Origin: the human T2T-CHM13v2.0 reference genome, Homo sapiens
Assembly (NCBI RefSeq): GCF_009914755.1
Contig: NC_060931.1
Length of the DNA: 64,000 bases
Strand: one strand, 5' to 3'
Positions 1 to 11,225 of this stretch are shown here, piece by piece. The translations under genes and the position numbers were made by a program. The notes below the pieces were generated by a model. It ran no database searches, was not told the DNA's origin, and worked only from the letters and a program-made list of their open reading frames with translations. Each line of letters starts with the position of its first letter. The first letter of the stretch is position 1.

Positions 1-481
1 GATGTGTCTGGAGTGTCTTCCTTCCGGTGGGTTCGTGGTCTTGCTTGACTTCAGGAGTGAAGCCACAGACCTTCGCAGTGAGTGTTACAGCTCTTAAAGG
101 TAGTGCAGACCCAAAGAGTGGGCAGCAGCAAGATTTATTATGAAGAGCGAAAGAGCAAAGCTTCCACAGTGTGGAAGGGGACCCGAGTGAGTTGCTGCTG
201 CTGGCTCCGGTGGCCAGCTTTTATTCCCTTATTTGGCCCTGCCCACATCCTGCTGATTGGTCCATTTTACAGAGCACTGATCGGTTCATTTTACAGAGTG
301 CTGATTGGTCTGTTTTTACAGAGTGCTGATTGGAGCATTTACAAACCTTTAGCTAGACACAGAGTGCTGCTTGGTGCATTTTTACAGAGTGCTGGTTGGT
401 GTGTTTACAAACCTTTAGCTAGACAGAAAAGTTCTCCAAGTCACCACTCAACCCAGGAAGTCCAGCTGGCTTCACCTCTTA
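1..481 (-). mobile_element. 3' LTR (LTR12 family, short type), partial
   Basis: Minus strand begins TAAGAGGTGAAGCCAGCTGGA (TG mutated to TA) right after the PPT. It has CCAATCAGCACTCTGT repeats and aligns to 7040-7477. Confidence 0.93.
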
Positions 482-494
482 ATCCCCCTTCTAA
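482..494 (-). other. Polypurine tract
   Basis: AGAAGGGGGAT on the minus strand directly precedes the 3' LTR. Confidence 0.8.
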
Positions 495-499
495 ACAGG

Positions 500-1120
500 A
501 CACCCCAACTGCTGTTGGGAATTGGGCGATGACTGCTCTAGCTACTTCCTAGTGGATGGGGCAAAGAAGGGGCCCTGCAGTTGTAGTGTCCTCCAGAGGG
601 AAACTCTTTAAGCCAGTTAAAGGGCCAGTGGGTCGGTCCAGGGGTCCTCAGTAGAAGTTGTTAGTCGAGCTCATTTGGGGTTCCATTTGTAAGACCATCT
701 GTAGCTTGATGGCCTCGATCCTAGAGGAAACAAATTTGACGAGGAGGTTAAAAATACAGGGCCCGAAGGCGAGTAATAGCAAGATGGCTGTCACAGGACC
801 TAGAAAGGGGAAAAGCCATGTCGCCGAACTCCAGAGGTTGCTATAAGAGTTTGAAAAGCATTGTCTGATTTCAGAAGCCTTTTCCTGTAAACGCTGGGTG
901 GCATCTCACACTATCCCTGACTGGTTAGTGTAAAAACAACAATCTTCCCCTAAGAAGGTGCAGAGTCCTCCTTTCTCAGCAGTGAGGAGGTCTAGGCCTC
1001 GGTGGTTTTGGAGAGTCACTGCTGCCAAAGAGTCTATTTGGGATTGTAGAGTAAGGATAGGTTTCATTGTTTCTTGCAAACTGTCTGAGAAATCATTTGA
1101 GAGTTTGTGGTAGTAGGATA
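500..1120 (-). pseudogene. env: env TM subunit remnant; SU deleted
   Basis: Hand translation: ...[47 protein letters not shown]...WLFPFLGPVTAILLLLAFGPCIFNLLVKFVSSRIEAIKLQM. This has the immunosuppressive domain, CX6CC and membrane anchor, with an in-frame TGA at 906-908. Confidence 0.9.
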
Positions 1121-1190
1121 ATACATGTTACACAGTTAACTTTTAGCAAACTGTGCTTTTGTTGAAAACCTTGTAAGTTTGGGATTTCAA

Positions 1191-1712
1191 TTATTCTTTG
1201 CTATTAATAAGTTCTCGTTCAGTCCATATTAACTTAGAATTGGTATAGATGGCTTCTTCCTGATTCTGTAAATACTTTTAAGGTTTGGCTGAGTGCAAAC
1301 AGCTCGCACATTTGAGCAGACCAATTATTAGGCAATTTTCCTAACTCTGCTTCTACAAGAGTTTCCTTATCACTTACTGAATACCCATTGTGTCTTTTTC
1401 CCTTAATCGCCTGGGAGGAAGCATCTATAGTCCTGTCCTGAAGACAGTTCCTCCTAGGTCTGGTTGGACCTTTGTATGGTAATTAATTAAGATTTAGATC
1501 CCCTGTTAGGAAACCTGCTAGGTTAAGGATTTTTGATAGGAAGGCTACAGGTTGTCAGTGGCCTCAGTGCTTTTGGGCTATGCCCTTGTTTACACTGACA
1601 ACAAGGTGGTATTGGAGTGTTATAGGGTCACAGAGAAGACCTTCAATTATGAATTACAGGTTTTAAGTTTACCCTGGCTGTCAAAGGAATACGGTACACT
1701 GTTTTTTCTTTA
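1191..1712 (-). pseudogene. Internally deleted pol fragments from a second retrovirus (HERV-I/HERVIP10-like) embedded in the ERV9
   Basis: Reads HLVVSVNKGIAQKH*GH*QPVAFLSKILN (tether-like) and IDASSQAIKGKRHNGYSV...KLPNNWSAQMCELFALSQTL/KYLQNQEEAIYTNSK (RNase H, one frameshift near 1278). It is distinct from the ERV9 RNase H at 2020-2420. Confidence 0.7.
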
Positions 1713-2015
1713 CTACTTCCATCTTTGTTTCTCTTTGACTTCTTTATCTCTCTCTGACTCCCCTTTGTCTGTCTCTTCCTCTGTCTTTGACTTTCTGTCT
1801 CTCTCTTTCTCTCTCTCTGACTCCCTCTTTGTCTCTTCCTCTCTCTCTCTCCTTCTGTCTTTGACTTTCTGTCTGTCTGTCTCTTCCTCTCTCTTTTTTC
1901 CTCCTTTGTCTCTGTCTCTTCCTCTTTCTCTCTTTCTGTCTCTTTCTGTCTTTCCTTTCTGCTGGTCTTTCCCAGCCTCTGCCAGCCACTTATGCTGCTG
2001 TTTTCTCCTCTCCTT
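1713..2015. repeat. CT/GA-rich low-complexity tract inside the provirus
   Basis: Degenerate (CT)n, CTGT and GACT units. It explains the R/E/K-rich ORFs in the track. Confidence 0.85.
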
Positions 2016-2019
2016 CCCC

Positions 2020-3880
2020 TTTTTGATGGCTTCAGCAGTGTGAGACTGCCACCTCCTCCTTGGGTTTTTGCACCACATGCAATAACTCCATGATTTCCTT
2101 GTGGTATTTAATGGGGGTTCCCCCAGAGGTTAGGAACTCCCTTTCTTTCCATATTGCAGCATGGGCATGTAGGATTAGATAAGCATACTTGCTATCTCTA
2201 TACACGTTTATTCTTCTTCCCTTTCCCAGTTCTAAGGCTCAGGTAAGTTCCACTAGTTCTGCTAACTGGGCACTGGTCCCTGGGGGAAGGGGCTTACTTT
2301 CAAGTATGGTTACATCACTAACTATGGCATAAACTGCCCATTGTATCCCATTCTCTACAAATGAATTTTCATCAGTATATAGGTTAAGGTCAGGATTAGC
2401 TAAGGGGACTTCTAAGAGATCATCTCGGGTGGCATAAGTCTGGACTATAATTTGTTGGCAGTTATGCTCAATTGGTTCCCCATCCTCTGGGAGAAAAGTG
2501 GCAGGGTTGAGGGCTGCACATATGTGTATTTGAAGCACCAGTCCCTCAAGGAATAGCGCCTGATATCTAAGCAGGTGGTTGTCTGATAGCCATAAACTTC
2601 CTTTGGCACCTAGTATGCCATTTACATCGTGAGTAGTCCAGACAGTGAGATCCTTTCCTTGTATTATTTTGATAGCCTCTGACACTAAGACGGCCACAGC
2701 TGCAACTACCTGTAAACAGTGAGGCCAGCCTTTTGCTACTACATCAGTTTCCTTACTTAGGTTATGTCACTGGTTGTGGAGTTGTCCCGCGAGTCTGAGA
2801 AAGGACTCCAAGAGCTATCCCTGCTCTCTCTGTGACATATAAAGAGAAGTTTTGTCCTGTGGGAAGGCTTAAAGCTGGAGCTTGTACTAGGGCCTGCTTT
2901 AAAGTTTTGAAGGCTGTTTCTGCCTCTGGTTCCCATTCCACTAGATGAGTATTTGCCCTCTGGGTCTTCTTGATTAGAGTATAGAGAGGCCTGGCTATCT
3001 CGCTGTATCCAGGGATCCATAGTCAGCAAAAGCTGGTGATTCCAAGGAACCTCTGCAGCTGTTTAAATGTCTTAGGGTGAGGATAAGCCAGTATAGGCTG
3101 TATTCATTCCTTGATGAGGGCCCTGGTCCCTCTGGCTAAGATTAGGCATAGATATTTGACCTGCTGTAGGCAAAGCTGGGCCTTCGATCTAGACGCTTGT
3201 ACCCTTGATTAGCTAGAAAGTTCAAGAGAGCTAGAGTAGCCTGCTGGCATGAGGCTTCCGAACTGGTAGCCAAAAGTAAATCATCCACATACTGAAGGAC
3301 CAGAGTGCCTGGACTTGAGAAGTGGCCTAGATCTTGGGCTAGTGCCTGACCAAACAGATGAGGGCTATCCCTAAACCCTTGGGGCAAGCCGTCCACATAA
3401 GTTGGGACATGTGGTCTGTGGGATCCTCAAAGGCAAAGAGAAACTGGGAGTCAGAGTGCAGGGGAATACAGAAGAAGGCATCCTTGAGGTTCAGAACAGT
3501 GAACCATTCTGCTTCCTCTGGTATTTGAGAGAGAAAGGTATAGGGGTTGGGTACAATTGGATATAGAGGAATTACTGCCTCATTGATGAGTCTAAGATCC
3601 TACACTAGTCTCCACTGACTGTTCGGTGTTTGTACTCCTAGAATTGGGGTGTTGCAGGGACTGCCGCATTTCCTTACTAAGCCTTGAGCTTTTAAATGTT
3701 TAACAATATTCTGTAATCCTTTATGAGCTTCAGGCCTTAAGGGATATTTCCTTTGATAAAGAAAAGTGGTGGGATCTTTTAGCTTGATTTGGACTGGGCG
3801 GGCATTTTTTCCCTTCCAAATTGTCCTTCCAATGCCCAGACTTTAGGGTTGATTCCCTCCTCAAGTAGGGGACAACAAAT
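2020..3880 (-). pseudogene. pol: pol (RT, tether, RNase H), frameshifted; integrase absent
   Basis: ORF fragments LPQGFRDSPHLFGQALAQDL...QYVDDLLLA (3142-3396) and LNPATFLP...DLNLYTDENSFV...GTSAQLAEL (2239-2697). Confidence 0.92.
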
Positions 3881-4224
3881 GGGTAACTTGTTCCCTATAT
3901 TCATGTAATAATAGCTCCAGCTTTGGCTAATATATTCCTCCCTAATAAGGGTGTGGGACTTTCAGGCATAACAAGAAAGGCATGTGAAAAGAGCAAAGTC
4001 TCCCAATTACAACTGAGAAGGTGGGAGAAATGCCTGGTTACAGGCTGTCCCAGGATTCCTCGGATGGTAACAGACCTTGAGGAGAGTTGTCCAGGATAGG
4101 AGATTAACACTGAGAAGGCCGTGCCAGTGTCCAGGAGGAAGTCAATTTCCTGGCCCTCAATGGTTAAACATACCTGGGGCTCAGTGAGGGTGATGACATG
4201 AGCTGGTGCTTGCCCTGGGCACCC
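3881..4224 (-). pseudogene. pro: Retroviral aspartic protease remnant
   Basis: FLLDTG at about 4123-4140 and HAFLVMPESPTPLLGRNIL in ORF 3901-4110. It follows the gag TGA. Confidence 0.88.
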
Positions 4225-5658
4225 TCAGTCCTGTTGTTGGATCATCTGGTTGGGGGCTTCTGGCCCAGAGAATCATTGCACTCTGGGGCAGTGCACCTTC
4301 CAGTGATTGCCTTGGCATAGCGGACATGGACAAGGGTGTGGCTTGTTTCTCATTGGACAATCTTTTTTATAGTGTCCTTGTAACCCACACTGATAAGCCA
4401 TACCGGGTGATTGGCCTGCTCCATTTTCTGTCCTCTCTGAACCACCAAGGTTTGTTTGTCTGAGGGCCATGACTAAGGCCGTGGCCTTTCTCTGATCTCG
4501 CTTTTCCTTTTGGGCCATTCCTCTTAGTCCCTATTATAGAACACCAAGGTTGCCAGGTTTAATAATGCCTCCAGATTTTGTTCAGGGCCCAGGGCTCACT
4601 TTTGGAGCTTTCTCCTGATGTCTGCGGCTGATTGGGTAATAAACTTATCTTTTAGAATCAACTGACCCTCGAGTGAGTCGGGTGACAGGGGAGTATATTT
4701 TCTTAAGGCCTCCTGTAGCCGCTCGAGGAAGGCAGAAGGATTTTCTTGCTTTCCCTGAGTTATGGTAGTCATCATTGAGTATTTCATGGGTTTTCCCCAA
4801 TTCTCCTTAGTCCTTCTAGAACACAGGTCAACAGATGTTTACGACTCCAGTCCTCATGATCTGAGTTGAGGTCCCAGTATGGGGACGGCTTGCTGACCGG
4901 TATGGAATTTTCCCTTTTTTCGGCTGTCATTTTGTCATTTACTTGACTAAGATACCAGGTATCTCCAAACTTTTGGGCTGCAGCTAAAGCCGCATTCTTT
5001 TCATTAAAGGCCAGGGTTTGATCTAACAATAGCATGACATCTCTCCAAATGAGATTGAAGGTTTGCCCTAGACCCTGTAGCACATCTCTGTACCTATCAG
5101 GATCATCTGAAAACTGCCCTAGGTCTGCCTGCTTTAAATTAGAGCGGGAGAAGGGGACATGTACCTGGGTTGGGCCAAGTTCCCCTCCTCCTACAACTTG
5201 AAGGGGACATAACTGATAGCCCAGGGGTTTTTCTAGTCCTTTGGAGATTTCTTTGCTTGTTTCCTTCTGGGCAGGGGAGATTAGAGGAGGCTTATCATTA
5301 ATAGGAAGGGGAGCTATAGGGAGGCTAGGATATGGGGGTAAGCTGAGAGGTCCTCCTGTGGATGTAAATTACAAGCTTTGCATAGTTGTGGATTCTCCTT
5401 CAATGAAAAGAAAGCTTGGACATAAGGTATTTCACTCCATTTGCCTTCCCTCTTACAGAAAACGTCAGACTGCAGGATAGTGTTGTAATTTATACTTCCC
5501 TCAGGTGGCCATTTTTCCCCATCAGAGAGAATACTGGGGCCAAGCCATAGTGCAGAAAAAAATGAGCTGCCTCTTTTTCAGGATTTGCAGGTCAAATTGG
5601 TCCCAATGGCTTAGGATGCATTTCAAGGGTGAGCTGTTGATGCCTGAGTGTTTCCCAT
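4225..5658 (-). pseudogene. gag: gag (MA-CA-NC), disrupted
   Basis: ATGGGAAAC (Met-Gly, myristoylation-type) at 5658, [16 protein letters not shown]-like ITQGKQENPSAFLERLQEALRKYT and zinc knuckle CGLQGHYKKDC; TGA at 4225-4227. Confidence 0.9.
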
Positions 5659-5705
5659 CTGAAAGACAAAACTGCCCACGGTTTTGGTTTGTTTGTTTCT
5701 CCCCC

Positions 5706-5947
5706 TGCCTAAGAACCCGCAATGGTCCCTGGACCCTGCTGATCAGAATAGTTGCACTCACCAATGAAGCAGCAGAAACACCTCTTGCCCAATAACCCAC
5801 AACGGTGCAGCCCCTGGACCCTGCTGATTGGAATAGTTGTGCTCACCGATGCAGCAGCAGAAACACCTCTTGCCTAAGAACCTGCAATGGTCCCTGGACC
5901 CTGCTGATCAGAATAGTTGCACTCACCGACACAGCAGCAGAAACACT
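5706..5947. repeat. Three tandem ~80-bp repeats in the proviral leader
   Basis: CCCTGGACCCTGCTGAT..GAATAGTTG..CTCACC...GCAGCAGAAACAC occurs three times. Confidence 0.9.
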
Positions 5948-6887
5948 AGTTTTTCCTCCTAGACCCCAAGGAGGCCCAAGGAAGGTTGGATTTAGTGGCC
6001 CTTACTGACACATTCTCAAAAACCTGTTAGAGTCCTAAGCATTTTCCTGTTAGTATTGGGACCTTACCACTGTCCTATAAAGATGTTATTTCCAAAAAAT
6101 GAAGTGGAGGGTCATACCCAGAGGGAGGGAAGGGATCTCCAGGGTTGAAAGAGTGATACCTTTTGTTCTCACTTATGTGAATAGGAAAGATACCATTTCT
6201 GAAGCTTCCCACATCCTAGCTTCAAGAATAGCTTTTGTTAGGCCTGCTAGTCTGAGGAGGGATCCTAAAATTCCAGATAGTCCCCCCTATAATGGGGCTT
6301 TGGGCAAAAATTATGCCTTTCTGATTGGTGAGCCTGGGTGCCTAAAGAAGGGAACAGAGTCCTGAGGTTTATACTGGAAATCATTCTTACAGGAGAAACT
6401 AGAAAAGCACAAGAGACAGGGAGTGGTTTTTAGAAGCAGGACTAGCCTTGGAGAAGAGAGGTGAGAGGAAGTTTGTCTGAGAGGCATTAGGACCCAGGAG
6501 GCAAGGGTCAGCATAGATAGGTTAGATGGTCGAGTCTCACTTGGGCGACATGACTTTGAGAGTTCTGCTCTTGGCCGCAGGGTCAACCAACTTGTTAGGA
6601 CCTGGGAGCTGAATGGCTTTCCTCTCTGTTGACCCTCAGCTCAGCCCAGAAGTACAGGAAAAGCAGAAGCTTGTTCCAGGCACACCAACGCTCCCAACTC
6701 CAAAGAGTTGGGGGTTGTTATAGAGTCCTTTACCAGAAAGCCTGACACCCATGTCTTTAGTCTGGCGGCTGTGCTAGTCACTTTTAACTGACTGACAGGT
6801 GCCCGGTATTTAGCCTCCGAATTCTAAGGAAAAATAGGACAGAATAGCAAGCAAAAGGGGTCCGATGGTACTCACTGCTTGGTGGTA

Positions 6888-6905
6888 GTCCCTTCGTGGT
6901 TGCCA
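6888..6905 (-). other. Primer binding site, tRNA-Arg(UCG) type
   Basis: TGGCAACCACGAAGGGAC lies 3 nt from the 5' LTR end. It is complementary to the recalled tRNA-Arg 3' end ...GTCCCTTCGTGGT(C/T)GCCA. Confidence 0.85.
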
Positions 6906-6908
6906 AAA

Positions 6909-7477
6909 TGTGTCTGGAATGGGTTCCTTCCAGTGGGTTCTTGGTCTTGCTGACTTCAAGAATGAAGCTGCGGACCCTCATGGTGAGTGTTACAGTTCTT
7001 AAAGATGGGGTGTCCGGAGTTTGTTCCTTCAGATGTTCAGATGTGTCCGGAGTTTCTTCCTTCTGGTGGGTTTGTGGTCTCGCTTGACTTGAGGAGTGAA
7101 GCCACAGACCTTCACAGTGAGTGTTACAGCTCTTAAAGGTAGTGTGGACTCAAAGAGTGAGCAGCAGCAAGATTTATTATGAAGAGCAAAAGAACAAACT
7201 TCCACAGCGTGGAAGGGGACCTGAGCGGGTTGCCACTGCTGGCTCAGGTGGCCAGCTTTTATTCCCTTTTTTGGCCCTGTCCACATCCTGCTGATTGGTC
7301 CGTTTTACAGAGTGCTGATTGGTCCATTTTACAGAGCACTGATTGGTCCGTTTTACAGAGTGTTGATTGTTCCGTTTTTACAGAGTGCTGATTGGTGCGT
7401 TTACAAACCTTTAGCTAGACAGAAAAATTCTCCAAGTCCCCACTTGACCCAGGAAGTCCAGCTGGCTTCACCTCTCA
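6909..7477 (-). mobile_element. 5' LTR (LTR12 family, short type)
   Basis: Termini TGAGAGGTGAAGCC...TCCAGACACA, several CCAAT repeats at about 7290-7396 and an AATAAAA TATA-like box at about 7256-7263. Confidence 0.93.
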
Positions 7478-7538
7478 GTAGGATATGAAATAACTCCAAG
7501 CTTAGCGTTCCAATAATGGAACACTAGGCATAAATGAG
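7478..7538. mobile_element. MER85 piggyBac MITE, one half (split by the ERV9 insertion)
   Basis: GTAGGATATGAAATAACTCC..GCTTAGCGTTCCAATAATGGAACACTAGGCATAAATGAG followed by CTAA (degenerate TTAA) matches the recalled MER85 terminus, including its 16-bp palindrome. Confidence 0.85.
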
Positions 7539-10500
7539 CTAATATGGGGGAACCACATTTAGAAATACAGTGCTCTGAGACAATGTGCTCTCAATTTTAC
7601 CAGCCATATTATTATTTCCCCATTATCTTCTTAAAGGGAGCTTTGCTCTCTGACATTGACTAATTAAAACAAAAAAATTTTTAGAGTGTTTGTCACATTC
7701 ATGGAGTGATAGTATATTTCCTAGCTTTGAATGGTATCACAAAGGTTAAGATTGACAGATTAGAGTATATAAAAGTCACCACAGTGAAAATAACTAAAGT
7801 ATGGCAGTTGACCAGGAAAACTTACATGAGTTTAGGAGACAAAGGTTAATAGTTAAAGCACATAAAGTGATTATTCAAATTTACAAGGAAATTATTGAGA
7901 TTCCAGTAGATAAGTACAAAAATAAATATGTAATTTTTTTTTTAATTCCAAGAAGTACAAATTAACCTTTGGATTGTATTTCATGCTTAGTAAAGCAGTA
8001 AAATCTAAAAATGTCTAGGTCCTATAATATTGGTTAAAATTGGTGTATGTTTCCATTTGTGATAACAGTGTGAACTTGGTAGAAAGTAGCTTGGTCATAT
8101 GTCTCAAAAGCCATAAAAATGATGATCTCCTTTGATCCCAATGACATAATACTTAGAAGTTTGTTTTAGGAACATGACTTAATAGAAACAAAAATACACA
8201 TGTGTAAATGTCCAATTGGAAATTGAATAAATGTGGAATGAGTGAATTTTTTCATAAAATATTGTACAGCAATATAATAGACTATTACACAGCATGAACT
8301 ATGAAGACACACATTATGCTAGTACATAAAGGAAACAATATCTAAAAGGTATTTCTGGTTAAAAAAATGGGTGCAAAATTCTTAATTTAAATCCTTACTT
8401 TTCAATATTTTATAATGACTATTTCCCAACATACTGGAAAGTTAAAATAATTTGGTGAATATCCATATACCCATCACTTACATTCTACCATTAACATGGT
8501 GTTATACTTTATTATAACTATCTACCTTAACATTTTTCCATTTTTTTCCATTAAAAGTTCAACTTTCCCCAGCTATCAAGAAATAACCTGTTGCTGTCTT
8601 GAGAGATTTTTGATTAACAGAGGGGTAATTTTTAAACTTCTGTTGAGGATCAGAATGGTTTCTTGTAAGTTTGTGTATGGCCACCAGGTGTAGCTCTGGA
8701 CCACAGCATTCAGTGATAAGCATCTGCAGGGAGGGTTTTAGGAAAGGCAACTTCTAAATGAAATCAAACTTGATTTGTTTATTTGGGTGAGGGAGAGTAC
8801 AATAAATTTAACCTTCATTAAGATGTAAAGTAATTATATAAACCTTGATATAGAATCAAAACCTGCTTCCTTGAAGGATTTCAAGGATTTGATTTAGGTT
8901 ATATATTTTCTTTATTGTTCAAAAGCTTCCACCACGTTTTCTCTTACCTGGATTGTGACTTTCTTACTCCACAGCCTCAAGGTAATAAGTTTTGGCTTAT
9001 GCAGCAAACATGTTTATGTCAGCAGCTGTTTGAAAGGTTAATTTTAGAAATATTTAAGTTAGTCATGGACATTCAAATATTCAGACTTCTTTTGTATAAC
9101 AAAACCTCATCACAACTCGAATTTTTCTTTAGTGTGATTGTTTGATTGATGTCTATATCTTTTTAAACATAAACTCCATAAGGTTTGAAAATGTATGTAG
9201 AACAATTCCAGGCATTCAGTAAATATTTGTGAATGAATAAATGGAAAGAATGATTTGAAATTGACTGAAGGCTATTTTGTAACAATTGGTAAGTCTACTC
9301 CTTAAGAATGTGCTTGTTCCATTTTTAAATTTTCTTTTAATAACAGGATCAATTTTAAATAATCTTTACAGTTTTAAAATTGCTCCAACATGAAAATATT
9401 TTTCTGGTTTTATTTGTGAAAAATAGCTATTTTTAAAGGAAAGTAGAGCCTTAAACTACTTAAAATAGATTTTTATAATCAATTTTAACCAACAAGATCT
9501 TTTCTTTTTCTTCCCCTTTAAGGAATCCTGGGTTTCTTTCTATGCAGGGTGTCATCAACTGCCAATTTGTTTCTACCTACCAGAAAATAAAATCATAGAG
9601 GCAAAAATCCAGTAATATGGCCAAGTAAATGACTGGAATAACCAGATGAAAGAATTTTCTCCAATTTATAGTATTTTTTTAAAGGAGATATTTAATAAGC
9701 TATATTTGAAACAGTAGGTTTTTAAATAAAATGACGCTATTTAGAGTAAAAGGTCCTGGGAGAATTTTAGTGTAAATAAAGGAGATGTCTCTCTCAAAGA
9801 ATTTAGTGTCATGCTTTTGAATATCTGATAGGATGGTGGAAAGATTCATCAAAGGAGAAGATGAACAATATTAGAGCTGTTGTTTTTAGAAGGACTCCTA
9901 TTTATTTACAGGAAAGGGAAGATTCCAGAGAAACAAGATCACAAATTTACCTAGCTCAAGAATTAAATTATTGACTTACTATTTTTATAATTGTGTTCTG
10001 CTTTTACATGTCATCTTTCAAATTATACTTATTTATAAGGAAGAATCATTATATATTTAAGGGCTGGGACTTTGATGCTCTTTTCTCCCCTTCATTTCCT
10101 TGAAAGGTAAGTAATGTCTATATTGCATACCTGTTTTGTGTACCTTCGCTTTCTTCCTTTCTTTCCTCCCTCCTCTTTCCCCTCTTTTTTCTCCTTGCCC
10201 CCCATTTTTCCATTACTAGTTAAAAGTTAGTTTAAATTGCTGATATTCTGGAAACATGAAATATTTCTTGAGAAAGTTAAGGTACCAAGCTCTTACCATC
10301 ATGTTTTCATAACTGCCCCAAAAATATTATGCAGATTAATGTTTTGACATTTATTTGCTTTTCCTTGAACGTCATGATTCATTTTTATCTGATATCAGCT
10401 CCATTTATGGCAAACAACTGGTATTTGCAAATTTCAATTGCTATGACAAATTGCAAGTATAATTTTGATCATGATTATTGTACTTGCCTGAGTCATGGCT

Positions 10501-11079
10501 TGCATCATCTTCTGCCATCCGATCTATGATTCACAAAATTTTATTTCACTACATCCTTTTTAACCCCCCACATAAGCGTCAGACATAGCAGATAAATATG
10601 TGATGAAAATTTGTTTCAGAGCAAAACCTAGATAATTTCTTTTGGGCTGCTATAAAAATTTTCAAGCTTTTTTTCTTTTTCTTTAAAACAAACAAACTTT
10701 ATTCCCTACTAAATGATCACCTTCCCCCTATTTCATAGTGTGTTTAAAGTTGTGCTTAAAGGTTATTTTAAAATAAATTACTAAGTAATGTGCTTGACAA
10801 AATTGTTTCATTGTAGTTTTGCACATTGGGAAGGGATGTGGTTTATTATAACATGAGCACATTTAGAGTGAAAGTCTGAACCCGAGTAGCCATAGATAAC
10901 TTTGATGTTACCAAGTAAACTCTCAGACCCTGATACAACAGTTGATATAAAAGCACACTTTGGCTGTCAGTTGAATCTATTACTTTCAATTCTCACCTTC
11001 TTTAAAAATTTATAGAGTGTGGAAATGTTATTTTGTTTCATAATTAAAGGCCGTGTAGAATCAATTAGCACAGTGCATG

Positions 11080-11225
11080 AGGTGGACTGGGTACCAGGCA
11101 TTTCACCTGCATTATCTGATTTAATCTTCACAACAACCCTTTAAAGTGTAACTGTTATTCCTCTTTTACATAGGAGGAAGGAAAGTGAGGCACAAGAGAC
11201 TAGGTTCTTGGCAAGAATCACATTG
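11080..11225 (-). mobile_element. MIR SINE fragment
   Basis: ATTTAATCTTCACAACAACCCT...TTTTACA...GAAAGTGAGGCACA core. Confidence 0.7.

Larger units (their letters stand above)
1..7477 (-). mobile_element. HERV9/ERV9 (class I ERV) provirus, defective, near full length; 3' LTR cut by the window start
   Basis: Two direct LTR12 repeats (1-481, 6909-7477). The minus strand runs PBS, gag (CCHC), pro (DTG), RT (YVDD), RNase H, env TM, PPT in retroviral order. Confidence 0.95.

Noticed and set aside
250-430. ACAGAGTGCTGATTGG repeats with short spacers (also 7290-7400, and the 80-bp units at 5706-5947) resembling a CRISPR array
   Set aside because: These are ERV9 LTR enhancer and leader tandem repeats in primate DNA, with no unique spacers and no cas genes.
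82-552. 156-aa ORF with repeated FYRxLIG units
   Set aside because: It is the antisense reading of the LTR12 CCAAT repeat array.
1552-2078. ORFs of 163 aa (+, S/L-rich) and 121 aa (-, R/E/K-rich)
   Set aside because: They are translations of the CT/GA low-complexity tract inside the provirus.
9500-9630. Possible exon: pyrimidine tract plus AG at ~9522, reading ESWVSFYAGCHQLPICFYLPENKIIEAKIQ*
   Set aside because: No recognisable protein, a weak donor and no partner exons. It cannot be supported without transcript data.
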